A stretch of 35,946 nt of DNA from an uncultured Acetobacteraceae bacterium (lineage in GTDB: Bacteria; Pseudomonadota; Alphaproteobacteria; Acetobacterales; Acetobacteraceae). The notes beneath the pieces were generated by a model. The model searched no databases, was not told the origin of the DNA, and saw nothing but the letters and a program-made list of their open reading frames with translations. Shown one piece after another: positions 13,855-23,005 of this stretch. Both the position numbers and the translations under genes were made by a program. How positions within the stretch are numbered: position 1 is the stretch's first letter; each line of letters opens with the position of its first letter. The stretch lies in assembly GCA_964249315.1 (NCBI GenBank), contig CAXUCM010000001.1, positions 1-35,946 on the forward strand, written 5' to 3'.

Positions 13855-15105
13855 TCAGGTCCGGACCACCCGACCGGCCGCTGCGGACGCAATGCAATCC
13901 TCCAGCTCGCCGAAGGCGACGTCGCAGCCTATGTTGCCCGGTGCGTAATGCGCCCACTTGCCGGAGCTGGTCATCACGGCGCCCTGGAAGCGCCCGAGGA
14001 TCGTGGTGACGTAGGTGCAGGTGTCGACGACCGGGACGAGGCCGAGATCCTCGAGCCCGTCCAGCAGGCCCTCGCCGCGCACGGCCTCCAGGATTGCCCG
14101 GCTCGTATTGACGTAGATCGGCACCGCCTGGTTCGGTGCATGCTGTCGCAGCAGGTCGGCCAGGCGGCGCCACTCGTCGATCGAAAAATGCGGCGTGCCC
14201 AGGCAGAGAGCACCGACCGGCGTGCCGTCGGGCACGGTCGACAGGCCGCCCAGGGCGGCGCGAACATCGCCGGGCGTCAGTTCGATCCGCGCGACCGGGT
14301 CGGCGCCCGCGAAAGCCTCGGAGACGGTCGGGGCCTCGGGGGTGATGCCGACTGCGTGAAACAGCCCGACAGCGCCGGTCGACGCAGCCGCCGCGCCGAG
14401 CGCCTTGAGCTGGTCCTCGTCGCGCGGCGGCGGCAAGCCTTCGATGACCGGAACAAGCTCGCCGCACCTTGCGCCGACCGCGAGCCCGATCGCCACGAAC
14501 AGGGAGTCCGTGGGCTCCGGAGCCGACGCGAAGCCCGTCAGCGTGAAGAGGATTTGCCCCCGTCGGTTCTCATCCAGGTGCAACCCCCAGGCAGGCGCCC
14601 TGCCTGCGATCGCGCAGCACAGATCGATGAAGTCGCCATAGCGGTTGGTGCGTGCACCGATGACCGAGTTGGCGAAGACGATGGCATTGGACTCGCCCCA
14701 GGCGACCTGGTCTCCGAACGCCGGCCGGAACAACGTCTGGTAGGGTGCACAGGTGAACGATGGAACGCAGCCGAGTTCCTCGTGCGCCCGCATCAGCCGT
14801 CGCGGCCCTGTCTGTTGCTCGGCGCCCATGCGGACGAGGCCAGGATGGATCAGGTCGATCGATCCGACATTCAATGTGGTCGGAACACGAACGCGGCCAC
14901 CGCCTTTCAGCAGGGCTTCGACGAAATCCAGCCCTGCCTCGCCATGATAGAGGCAGCCATCCACATGCGCTCCGCGGATCGGCAACAGGGCGCGCGCGCC
15001 GATCGCCCCGGCGTAGTCTTCCAGGACCTGCATCGCTAGAGCCGCGCCGTCGCCACCTTTTCCATGCAGCAGAGCACGCTCGTCGTCATCAAGGTGGAGT
15101 GTCAA
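13855..15105 (-). CDS. Aconitase X catalytic subunit (DUF521), cis-3-hydroxyproline dehydratase-like
   Basis: AHVDGCLYHG, PTTLN, FTCAPY, AWGESNAIVFANSVIGARTNRYG, LGTPH, DTC, TSSGKWAHYAPG. Confidence 0.9.
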   Translation of the reverse strand: MTLHLDDDERALLHGKGGDGAALAMQVLEDYAGAIGARALLPIRGAHVDGCLYHGEAGLDFVEALLKGGGRVRVPTTLNVGSIDLIHPGLVRMGAEQQTGPRRLMRAHEELGCVPSFTCAPYQTLFRPAFGDQVAWGESNAIVFANSVIGARTNRYGDFIDLCCAIAGRAPAWGLHLDENRRGQILFTLTGFASAPEPTDSLFVAIGLAVGARCGELVPVIEGLPPPRDEDQLKALGAAAASTGAVGLFHAVGITPEAPTVSEAFAGADPVARIELTPGDVRAALGGLSTVPDGTPVGALCLGTPHFSIDEWRRLADLLRQHAPNQAVPIYVNTSRAILEAVRGEGLLDGLEDLGLVPVVDTCTYVTTILGRFQGAVMTSSGKWAHYAPGNIGCDVAFGELEDCIASAAAGRVVRT

Positions 15106-15112
15106 ACTCCAG

Positions 15113-16225
15113 CTAGGCGGCAGCTCGCTTCGAGCTGCAATAGTTCCTGAGCTTGGGCATAACCTCGTGGGCGAGGAGTCGCATGGACTTCTTGTGAACC
15201 TCAGGCTTCTCCCACTCCTTGAACGTCGAGATCAGCGCTCCGAAAGAGCCTCCGACCCGGTCGACGACGTCGACCAGCCTGTCGAGAACGGTTGACGGCG
15301 AACCGGAAATGACCAGCGTGTCGACGCAGTATTTGGGTGTGACGGCCTCGTCCGGCACGGACGGGTCGGCCTTGAGGACACCCACCAGGTTAAAGAATCT
15401 CATGTCGTCGACCAGGAACCGGAATTGACACTCGTAGGCGTTGTCTTCCTCGGCCAAATAGTCGCGCGCCTCGGCATCCGTGTCGGCCACGAGGATCGAC
15501 CTCGAGATCCGCCAGTCCTGCCGGTTCGGTCGCCGGCCGACGCGCTCGCACCCGATGACGTACTGCTCCCAATGTGTTGCGGCCGAGTCGAGCTGGGCGA
15601 AGTTGCCGGAGAGGATGCCCCACCCGCGCTCGCCTGCCTGCGCGGCGCTCTTGGATTTCGGCGACATCACGGACGTCACGACGGGCGGGAACAGCTTCTG
15701 ATAGGGCTTCAACATCGGACCGAACCCAAGCTGTGGCACGATCTGATCCTTGATCTTTACGTTCCAGTACTTTCCCTCGATGTCGTAGGGAGGATCGGAA
15801 GACCAGATCTTGTGGATCATCTCCACGGATTCGAGGACCATCTCGCCGCGATTCTTGTCCAGCACGTCGAAAAGTTCCAGGTCGCTGACCTGCGCCCCGG
15901 GACCGACGCCCATGATGAAGCGCCCGCGCGACATGTGATCGAACATCGCCACATCCACCGCGACCTTCGCGGGATGATAGATCGGCAAGGAGATCACGGC
16001 GGTGGCGAACTTGATCTGTTTCGTCGAGTGGATCAACGAGGCACAGAATTGAAGCGGATTGGTGACGAGCTCGATGCTGGACGATTGATGCTCACCGACC
16101 CAGGCTTCGTCGAACCCCATCTGGTCGGCGAATATGATCGCCTCGCGGCATTCATCGAGCATGTCGGCCGGATGGCGCGACAGATCGCGATTCTGGATCG
16201 GATGCATGAAAAGGCCGAGATCCAT
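15113..16225 (-). CDS. Luciferase-like (LLM) flavin-dependent monooxygenase
   Basis: ADQMGFDEAWVGEH, TKQIKFATAVISLPIYHP, FDHMSRGRFIMGVGPG, SMRLLAHEVMPKL. GGAG SD. Confidence 0.9.
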   Translation of the reverse strand: MDLGLFMHPIQNRDLSRHPADMLDECREAIIFADQMGFDEAWVGEHQSSSIELVTNPLQFCASLIHSTKQIKFATAVISLPIYHPAKVAVDVAMFDHMSRGRFIMGVGPGAQVSDLELFDVLDKNRGEMVLESVEMIHKIWSSDPPYDIEGKYWNVKIKDQIVPQLGFGPMLKPYQKLFPPVVTSVMSPKSKSAAQAGERGWGILSGNFAQLDSAATHWEQYVIGCERVGRRPNRQDWRISRSILVADTDAEARDYLAEEDNAYECQFRFLVDDMRFFNLVGVLKADPSVPDEAVTPKYCVDTLVISGSPSTVLDRLVDVVDRVGGSFGALISTFKEWEKPEVHKKSMRLLAHEVMPKLRNYCSSKRAAA

Positions 16226-16365
16226 GGGTCACTCCTTGTGATAAGATCACGTCCCATTCAGAGCCGGGGCCGTGCAATCGCCGATGCAAGCCTACGTAGC
16301 AATAGAAGCTCGTCTAAATCATGACAACTCATTTCCAGCGAAACCACCAGGTCGGGCGCCGCTGG

Positions 16366-17850
16366 CTACGCGAACCTCATGATTACCGACTTGGTTTCCA
16401 GATACTCTTCCATCTGTTCCGATCCGCATTCCCGGCCGAGACCGCTGGTCTTGTAGCCTCCGAACGGAACCGCCGGATCGAGGCCGCCATACGTATTTAC
16501 CCAGACCGTACCTGCCCGCACGGCTTTCGCCATTCGGTGCGCGGTTGCCAGACTTCGGGTCCAGACCCCGCTTCCCAGCCCGAAATGGGTCGCATTGGCG
16601 ATGCTGGCTGCCTCCTCGAAGGTGTCGAAGGGCATCGCGCACACCACCGGTCCGAAGATTTCCTCCTGGGCGGTTCTCATCTCGTTCGCGACCTTCGAGA
16701 GAATGGTCGGCTGGATGAAAAACCCGTCCTCGTAGGCACCGGACACCAGCCGTTGGCCGCCGGCGACCGCTTCCGCCCCCTCCTGGATACCGAGCGCGAT
16801 GTAGCCGGTCACCCGCTCCATCTGCTTCCGGTTGATCAGGGGACCGATCTGGGTGGCCGGATCGGCACCGTCTCCGACCTTGAGGCCTTCCGCAAAATCC
16901 GAGAGAGCCTGGATGAACTCTTCGAACACGGGTCTCTCGATGAGCAGCCGCGTGCCGGCGGTGCAGGATTGTCCGGTGTTCGCGAAGGCGCCCATCGCCG
17001 CTCCCGGGACGGCCAGATCGAGGTCGCAATCCTTGAAGACGATGTTCGGGGACTTCCCGCCCAGCTCGAGCGTCAGCCGCTTCATGTTCCCCTGGGACGC
17101 TTCGATGATCTTTCGCCCGACCGCCTCGGAACCCGTGAACGAGACCTTGTCGACGTCGAGATGCGACGCCAGCGCCGCACCTGCCGTGTGACCGGGTCCG
17201 GTGACGATGTTCACGACCCCGTCTGGTACCCCCGCCTCCAGCAGCAATTCGCCCAGTCGAAGCGCCGTCAGCGACGCATCTTCCGCCGGCTTCAGCACCA
17301 GCGTGCAACCGGTGGCGAGAACCGGCCCGATCTTCCACATCGTATGGACGACCGGTCCATTCCACGGCGTGATCGCACCGACAACCCCGACCGGCTCTTT
17401 CAGCGTGTAGGCGAAAACCTCGCCGGGAAAGGAGTGCGGCGGCGTCGCGCCGCGTATGGCGGTGCACATGCCGGCATAGAACCGCAGCAGCCCGAGAACG
17501 CGCTGCCTGCGAGTTCTCGACACCGTGATCGGAACCCCCATATCGAGCATGTCGGTGACAGCCAGCTCTTCAAAGTTCGCGTCGACCAGCTCGCTGAAGC
17601 GAAGGATGCAGGCCTGGCGCTCGAACGGCGTGAACCTGCTCCAGGGTCCGACGAACGCCCGACGGGCCGCGGCGACAGCGAGATCGATGTCAGCGTCGCC
17701 TCCTTCCGACACACGCGCGAGAAGGTCTCCCGTCGCCGGATTACGCGTCTCGAAGCTACGTCCGGAAATCGACGGAACCCACTTGCCGTCTATCAACAAG
17801 AGCCTCGGCAACGGATCCAGGGTGAATTTCGCACCACCATCCATGTCCAT
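16366..17850 (-). CDS. NAD-dependent aldehyde dehydrogenase
   Basis: GAITPWN, KPAE, SFTGS, LELGGKSP (Glu), GQSCTAG (Cys), EEIFGPV, PFGGYKTSG. Confidence 0.95.
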   Translation of the reverse strand: MDMDGGAKFTLDPLPRLLLIDGKWVPSISGRSFETRNPATGDLLARVSEGGDADIDLAVAAARRAFVGPWSRFTPFERQACILRFSELVDANFEELAVTDMLDMGVPITVSRTRRQRVLGLLRFYAGMCTAIRGATPPHSFPGEVFAYTLKEPVGVVGAITPWNGPVVHTMWKIGPVLATGCTLVLKPAEDASLTALRLGELLLEAGVPDGVVNIVTGPGHTAGAALASHLDVDKVSFTGSEAVGRKIIEASQGNMKRLTLELGGKSPNIVFKDCDLDLAVPGAAMGAFANTGQSCTAGTRLLIERPVFEEFIQALSDFAEGLKVGDGADPATQIGPLINRKQMERVTGYIALGIQEGAEAVAGGQRLVSGAYEDGFFIQPTILSKVANEMRTAQEEIFGPVVCAMPFDTFEEAASIANATHFGLGSGVWTRSLATAHRMAKAVRAGTVWVNTYGGLDPAVPFGGYKTSGLGRECGSEQMEEYLETKSVIMRFA

Positions 17851-17903
17851 GAACCAAACGCTCCTTCAGCGATGCTGATCAGACTGGGACCGAGGCCCTG
17901 CCT

Positions 17904-19475
17904 TCACGAAGGCACCAGGCTCAACGCATCGACAGGAGCCCGGACGCCGAGCAACCGCCGGTACTCGGACCAGAACTCCGCAACGGCTTCAGCGCGAGCC
18001 TGCTCCGACAGGCGAAGCTCCATGGCAAGCACCGATGCCGCCCGTTCCACTTCAGCTTCTGTGAAGCTGTGGCGCCAGGCAAGGCCGGTCCGTCGGAACA
18101 GTAAGTCCACGAGCGTTACCGCGTGCTCCTCGGTAATCGCGTGCTGAAGATCCGACAGGCGCGTGGACCCGACGCCGGGTATGAACGGCGGCGAGTTGTC
18201 GTTGACCGGAGGGAGCTTCGGCCCGAAGTCCGGCGATCGTGGTGCCCGACGCGCCTTGAGCCGGCGGCCAACCTCGGATGCCAGCAGCGCACCCCCGGAT
18301 CTGTAGCTGGTGATCGGGCCTGCCGTCATCGCCACGACATTCGGGAGGCCGTCATCAAGAAGGTCGTGGACCTGGCGCGAACGGTTTCCGAAGGGTATTG
18401 CCGGGTCGTAGGTCAGAGGTCGAACGCCGGCCCAGGTCAACACGATGTCTTTGGGCGATAGATGGATGCCCGGCATCAAGCGGTTGGCCTCGTCCAGAAG
18501 CCATGCCTGCTCCGCCGCCGTCACGGCGATGTCATCCTTGTCGCCTTCGTAGATCGTTTCCGAAGGGCCGAAGAAGTGGAGGTCATGCCAAGGTACGCAG
18601 TAGAAAGGCTCGCTCTTCGTGTTCAACGTGGCCACGCCGCGGCCGACATAGTCATGCGGCAACTTGACGACGATGTGCGTGCCCTTCGTGCCCAGGACGC
18701 GCTTTCGCGCTGCTGGGGCCGCCTTGCGACTGATCTCGTCGAGCCATATCCCCGCCGTATTCAGAACGACGTTTGCGCGCACTCTTGCTTTACGTCCGTC
18801 GAGTTCATCTGCCAGCTCTATGCTCCAGAGCCCGTCCGGATCCCTCTTCTCGAGGGTCGCGGACGTATAATTTCTGCACGTCGCTCCCAGCCGGATGGCA
18901 TCCAGGATGCAATCCATGCAGACGCGCTCCGGCCAGTCGAACTCATACTCGTCGTACGTCGCCACCGACTTGAGCTGCTCCAGGTCTCGAAGCTCGTTCG
19001 TGAGAGGCTCGTCCCTCGCCTTCGCCGCGGAGATACGCCGGTAGTTCAGCCGAGGTCCCCTCGGCCAAAGCAACTTCAACACGACGAATGCAATATCGAT
19101 CTGCCAGCCGAGATAAGGCCCGCCTTTGTAGATGGGGAAAGAGAACGTCATCCGTCGGGCTCGCGCGGACGTATCTTCGACGAACTTCGCCCTGGCTTCC
19201 ATGCAGGCGCGTGCCATCCTCAGCGAGGTCACCAGCCGCGAGGGATGCCGAACGAAGTCCCACAGCGATCGTCCGGGCGCCAGGTATCGCAAGCCGCAAT
19301 GCAGAAGACGGCTGGATCTGCTCGTGGAGCCGGAACCATAATCCGACTTCTCGACGAGCAGTACGTCGTATCCCTCTGCCGCGATCCTCTGCGAAGCTGC
19401 AGCACCGTTGATGCCGCCGCCGATGATCAGGACGTCAAACTCTCGACCGTCGAGTTCATCCAGCTGCTGTCGCAC
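17904..19475 (-). CDS. GlpD/EryB-like FAD-dependent oxidoreductase (divergent)
   Basis: IIGGGINGA, GSTSRSSRLLHCGLRYL, NTAGIW, KGTHIVV, TWAGVRPL, C-terminal EHAVTLVDLLFRRT. Confidence 0.85.
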   Translation of the reverse strand: MRQQLDELDGREFDVLIIGGGINGAAASQRIAAEGYDVLLVEKSDYGSGSTSRSSRLLHCGLRYLAPGRSLWDFVRHPSRLVTSLRMARACMEARAKFVEDTSARARRMTFSFPIYKGGPYLGWQIDIAFVVLKLLWPRGPRLNYRRISAAKARDEPLTNELRDLEQLKSVATYDEYEFDWPERVCMDCILDAIRLGATCRNYTSATLEKRDPDGLWSIELADELDGRKARVRANVVLNTAGIWLDEISRKAAPAARKRVLGTKGTHIVVKLPHDYVGRGVATLNTKSEPFYCVPWHDLHFFGPSETIYEGDKDDIAVTAAEQAWLLDEANRLMPGIHLSPKDIVLTWAGVRPLTYDPAIPFGNRSRQVHDLLDDGLPNVVAMTAGPITSYRSGGALLASEVGRRLKARRAPRSPDFGPKLPPVNDNSPPFIPGVGSTRLSDLQHAITEEHAVTLVDLLFRRTGLAWRHSFTEAEVERAASVLAMELRLSEQARAEAVAEFWSEYRRLLGVRAPVDALSLVPS

Positions 19476-19661
19476 GAAGCTCTCTCTGTTCCAGGACCCG
19501 GCTGCCGGCCCATTCGTCGCGGTCGTTGATCACGGGCGACAACTCCGGGGTCCACAGGTACACAACAGTTGTTCGGATCCTGCAGAGTGTCGACGGCCGG
19601 CGCTCATATACCAGATATGCCTAGTATTACTATCGAGGCGCAATCCGCGGCATGATCCGGT

Positions 19662-21116
19662 TCAGAGCCGCCCGATCCCGGCATAGACGGTCGGTCGCAC
19701 CTTTCGATAGAAGGCCGCCACGGCGAGGCCCGCTGCAGGAACCGAGATGACGGCGATGATGGATGCCAAGCCCATCGCTCGAGTGCCGACGAGCACACTC
19801 AGGTTCAACGATGTTATGATGAATAGCGCGCCGATCCCGAGTGCGGACAAGGCTGGGGCGATGAGCCGCGTCCAGAGAGTCGCGTCGATCGATCGATGTC
19901 GTTGATAGAACACGACGACGGAGCAGCTCGTCGCGATGAGAAGCGGCAAGAGAAAGTAGATTCCCATCCCCGTGATCGCCGCGTAGGAAGCCACCGGACT
20001 GATCCCGAGTTTCGTGATCCCTGTCAGCACGCACAGGCTCAGCGCGGAGACGGTCAAGATGGCGGCATGTGGCGACTGGAGACGGGGGTGAACGCGACCG
20101 AGCCAGACCGGCAACACGCGCGCCCGTGCCAGGGAGAAGAGATAGCGCCCGGCCGAACCCTGGACGGAGATCGACGCGATCATCTGGCTGGTGACCAGAG
20201 TCAAGGCAGTAAGTTTGGCAAAGACCGATCCCAGATAGAAGCTCACGCTATCGAAAAAAGACCCTACCGGATTCGTGGTCGCGATCAGGCTGACTTTCGA
20301 CGGGCCTTCCGCAACGATGTACAACCAGGTTCCGAGAGCGTAGAACAGCGTCATGAAGATGACGGCGATGTAGGTGGCTCGTCCGACATTCCTCTCGGGA
20401 TCGATCGTCTCCATGCTGAAGCAAGCGCCGGCTTCTATGCCGATCATGCAAAGCATCGCGAACAGGACGCCGAGGGACGGGGAGCCGTGCAGGAAAGCGC
20501 TCGGGGCGAAGGACGTCAATGAATAGCCTTCCGGGCCGCCTCTGATAAGAGTCGCTGCTTGCCAGAGTGCCACGATACCGACCTCCAGACACACGAGCTT
20601 CCCGAGGACTTTGATCGACGTGTCGATGCGAAGCACGCTGACAGCTGTGACGACCAGGAGAAAGATCAGGGCCCACTCGAGCCAGGAAAAAAGCGGTCGT
20701 CCGACCAGGTGCGTGGCGCAGTCGGCGGCGATCAGGCCCATGTAAGGGTATGATCCTACGCTCATCAAGAGGTAGGCCGACGCGGCAAGAAAGGCCCCGG
20801 CAAGTCCCAGCGGCCTCCCGGACCCCAGGACGATGAACTGATAGAACGCTCCCGGGTTCTCGATGAAGCGGCTCATGCCGACGAACCCTGTCGAAAAGGT
20901 CAGGAGGAGTGCGCCCGCGACGAGAAATGAGACCGGTGCGCCGATGCCGTTTCCGAAACCGATGGAGAGCTGCGCGAAGCCCGCCATGACGGCGAGCGGC
21001 GCGTTGAACGCGACGATGATCAACACCAGTGCCGACACGCCGAGTCGCCGAGGCAGGCTTCCGGGATCGGTGGCGTCCCTGGATCCCGGAACCGACAGCA
21101 CATGCTCGGTGGTCAA
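19662..21116 (-). CDS. APC-superfamily amino acid/amine permease
   Basis: Many hydrophobic helices, NPGAFYQFI..G.GR, G.EA...FSME...P.RNV, RYLFSLAR.RVLP.WLGRVHPRLQSPH. TTG start. Confidence 0.9.
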   Translation of the reverse strand: MTTEHVLSVPGSRDATDPGSLPRRLGVSALVLIIVAFNAPLAVMAGFAQLSIGFGNGIGAPVSFLVAGALLLTFSTGFVGMSRFIENPGAFYQFIVLGSGRPLGLAGAFLAASAYLLMSVGSYPYMGLIAADCATHLVGRPLFSWLEWALIFLLVVTAVSVLRIDTSIKVLGKLVCLEVGIVALWQAATLIRGGPEGYSLTSFAPSAFLHGSPSLGVLFAMLCMIGIEAGACFSMETIDPERNVGRATYIAVIFMTLFYALGTWLYIVAEGPSKVSLIATTNPVGSFFDSVSFYLGSVFAKLTALTLVTSQMIASISVQGSAGRYLFSLARARVLPVWLGRVHPRLQSPHAAILTVSALSLCVLTGITKLGISPVASYAAITGMGIYFLLPLLIATSCSVVVFYQRHRSIDATLWTRLIAPALSALGIGALFIITSLNLSVLVGTRAMGLASIIAVISVPAAGLAVAAFYRKVRPTVYAGIGRL

Positions 21117-21199
21117 GGTCTCTCACCTGCTCCTGGATTGATCTGCGGTCATGCCGGTTTCGGCAAGACCCTGTCCGCTTGCTGGCGAACGTCCCCGTC

Positions 21200-22786
21200 T
21201 CAAGCCGACTGCCTGACGAAGTCCGCGACCCGTTCGCCAATCATGATCGCCGGTGCGTTCAGATTGCCTGAGGGGATGCTGGGTATGATGGACGTGTCGG
21301 CGACCCGAAGTCCACGCAGGCCATGCACCCGCAAGGAGGGATCGACGACGGAAAGCTCGTCCGTGCCCATCTTGCAAGCCCCGCAAGGATGGTAGGCACC
21401 CTGCGCCTTCTGGCGCACGAAGCCTTCCCGGTCCGCCTGCGAACGCAAGCGTTGCGCGGACAGCGAGTCCTGACCGATATGTCGCACCATCGCCGGCTGG
21501 CTCATCACCTCTTGGCCGATCCTGACGCCCTCGGCGAGACAACGTACGTCTTCAGGGTCGGAGAGGTAGTTCGGACGGATCACCGGGGGGGCGAGCGGAT
21601 CGCTCGAGCGCAACATGATCGTCCCGCGGGACCGGGGCCGCGACTGGCTTACGGCCAGGCCGCATCCCCTGCCGCTCGGAACTCCCTCCATGCCGTCCTC
21701 GACGGCGGAACCCGGAAAGAAGAAAGCCTGCAGATCCGGCAGGGAACCCGCATCCTTGCCGTACCAGAATGCGCCACCCTCGATGACGTTCGAGGTTGCC
21801 GGACCGGATCGGAAAAGGCCGTATTCGAGCGCCGCCCAGGCCTGCCAGGCAGGATTGCGATATTTGTCGAAGCTGTCGCCGCCGTGAAGGTCGTAGAGCA
21901 TGTATATGATGGCGTGATCATGCAGATTATGGCCGACGCCGGGAAGATCGTGCGCGACCGGTATGCCTTGAGCTCTCAGGTGATCGGCAGGTCCGATACC
22001 GGAGCGCAGCAGCAGATGCGGGGAACCGATGGCGCCCGCGCAGAGGACGACCTCCCGATCCGCCCGCGCGATGGCGACCTTCCCGTGCCTGACATATTCG
22101 ACGCCGACCGCACGGTCACGCTCGACGATGATCCGAAGCACCCGAACACCACTCATGACTTTCAGCCCCCGGCGGCGTCGCCGGGCTCGCAAGTAGGCCA
22201 CCGCGCTGCTCCGGTGACCGTGGCGTGTGGTCAGCTGATAGAGACCGCAGCCTGCCTGCGTCCCCGAGTTGAAATCTGCATTCGGCGCGATGCCGGCCTC
22301 GTGACAGGCACGGAGCCAGGCCTTCGTCAGAGGATGCGTGTAACGCTGGTCCGACACGCCGATCGGGCCGCCGGTGCCGTGTGCCGCGCCACCGAGAGAC
22401 TCGTTGTCTTCAGCCCGCCTGAAGTATGGAAGCACCTCCTGGTAACTCCAGCCGGAACAGCCCATCTCGTTCCAGCCGTCGTAATCTTCCGGACAACCAC
22501 GAATATAGACCAGACCGTTTACCGAGCTGCCGCCACCGAGTATGTTCGCCTGCACCATCGGAGCGAGGCTCGAAGCGGCGTTTCCGCTCCCGTCCAACTG
22601 GTAGTGCTTCAGCTTGTCGCTCTTGTAGAGCTTCGAGTACGCTGCCGGCACGTGAAGATAGAGGTTGAAGTCTCGGCCACCCTGTACGAGGAGCAGCACG
22701 GACGCGTCACGATCCTCGCTGAGCCTGGAGGCAGCCACGCAACCGGCCGAGCCGCCTCCGACGATGATGTAGTCCGTCATTGTCAC
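21200..22786 (-). CDS. GMC oxidoreductase (choline dehydrogenase-like)
   Basis: DYIIVGGGSAG, LGGGSSVNGLVYIRG, GAIGSPHLLLRSGIG, VGHNLHDH, YHPCGACKMG, VADTS, GNLNAP. Confidence 0.93.
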   Translation of the reverse strand: MTMTDYIIVGGGSAGCVAASRLSEDRDASVLLLVQGGRDFNLYLHVPAAYSKLYKSDKLKHYQLDGSGNAASSLAPMVQANILGGGSSVNGLVYIRGCPEDYDGWNEMGCSGWSYQEVLPYFRRAEDNESLGGAAHGTGGPIGVSDQRYTHPLTKAWLRACHEAGIAPNADFNSGTQAGCGLYQLTTRHGHRSSAVAYLRARRRRRGLKVMSGVRVLRIIVERDRAVGVEYVRHGKVAIARADREVVLCAGAIGSPHLLLRSGIGPADHLRAQGIPVAHDLPGVGHNLHDHAIIYMLYDLHGGDSFDKYRNPAWQAWAALEYGLFRSGPATSNVIEGGAFWYGKDAGSLPDLQAFFFPGSAVEDGMEGVPSGRGCGLAVSQSRPRSRGTIMLRSSDPLAPPVIRPNYLSDPEDVRCLAEGVRIGQEVMSQPAMVRHIGQDSLSAQRLRSQADREGFVRQKAQGAYHPCGACKMGTDELSVVDPSLRVHGLRGLRVADTSIIPSIPSGNLNAPAIMIGERVADFVRQSA

Positions 22787-23005
22787 CCCAGCTCGGTTAC
22801 TCGCCAGAATCTAGGTCGGATCGCGCTTGTCGCGAAGCGCCCGTTGACGCGGGGAGGTCCGCCATAGGCTGCGAGCGTCTGCGGTCTCCAACCTACGTGG
22901 TGCCGGTTTGCTTAACAAGAGAGCGAGACCCGTTACGGAAGCTGATCACGTCATCGGGCAGGGGCCGCCCTGTGCACGAACCAGCCGGGTCTTGCCCTCG
23001 ACGGA

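Noticed and set aside
13431-15105. Archaeal-type mevalonate pathway dehydratase
   Set aside because: No UbiD/UbiX or mevalonate genes nearby. Motifs and the adjacent imine reductase favour hydroxyproline-type chemistry.
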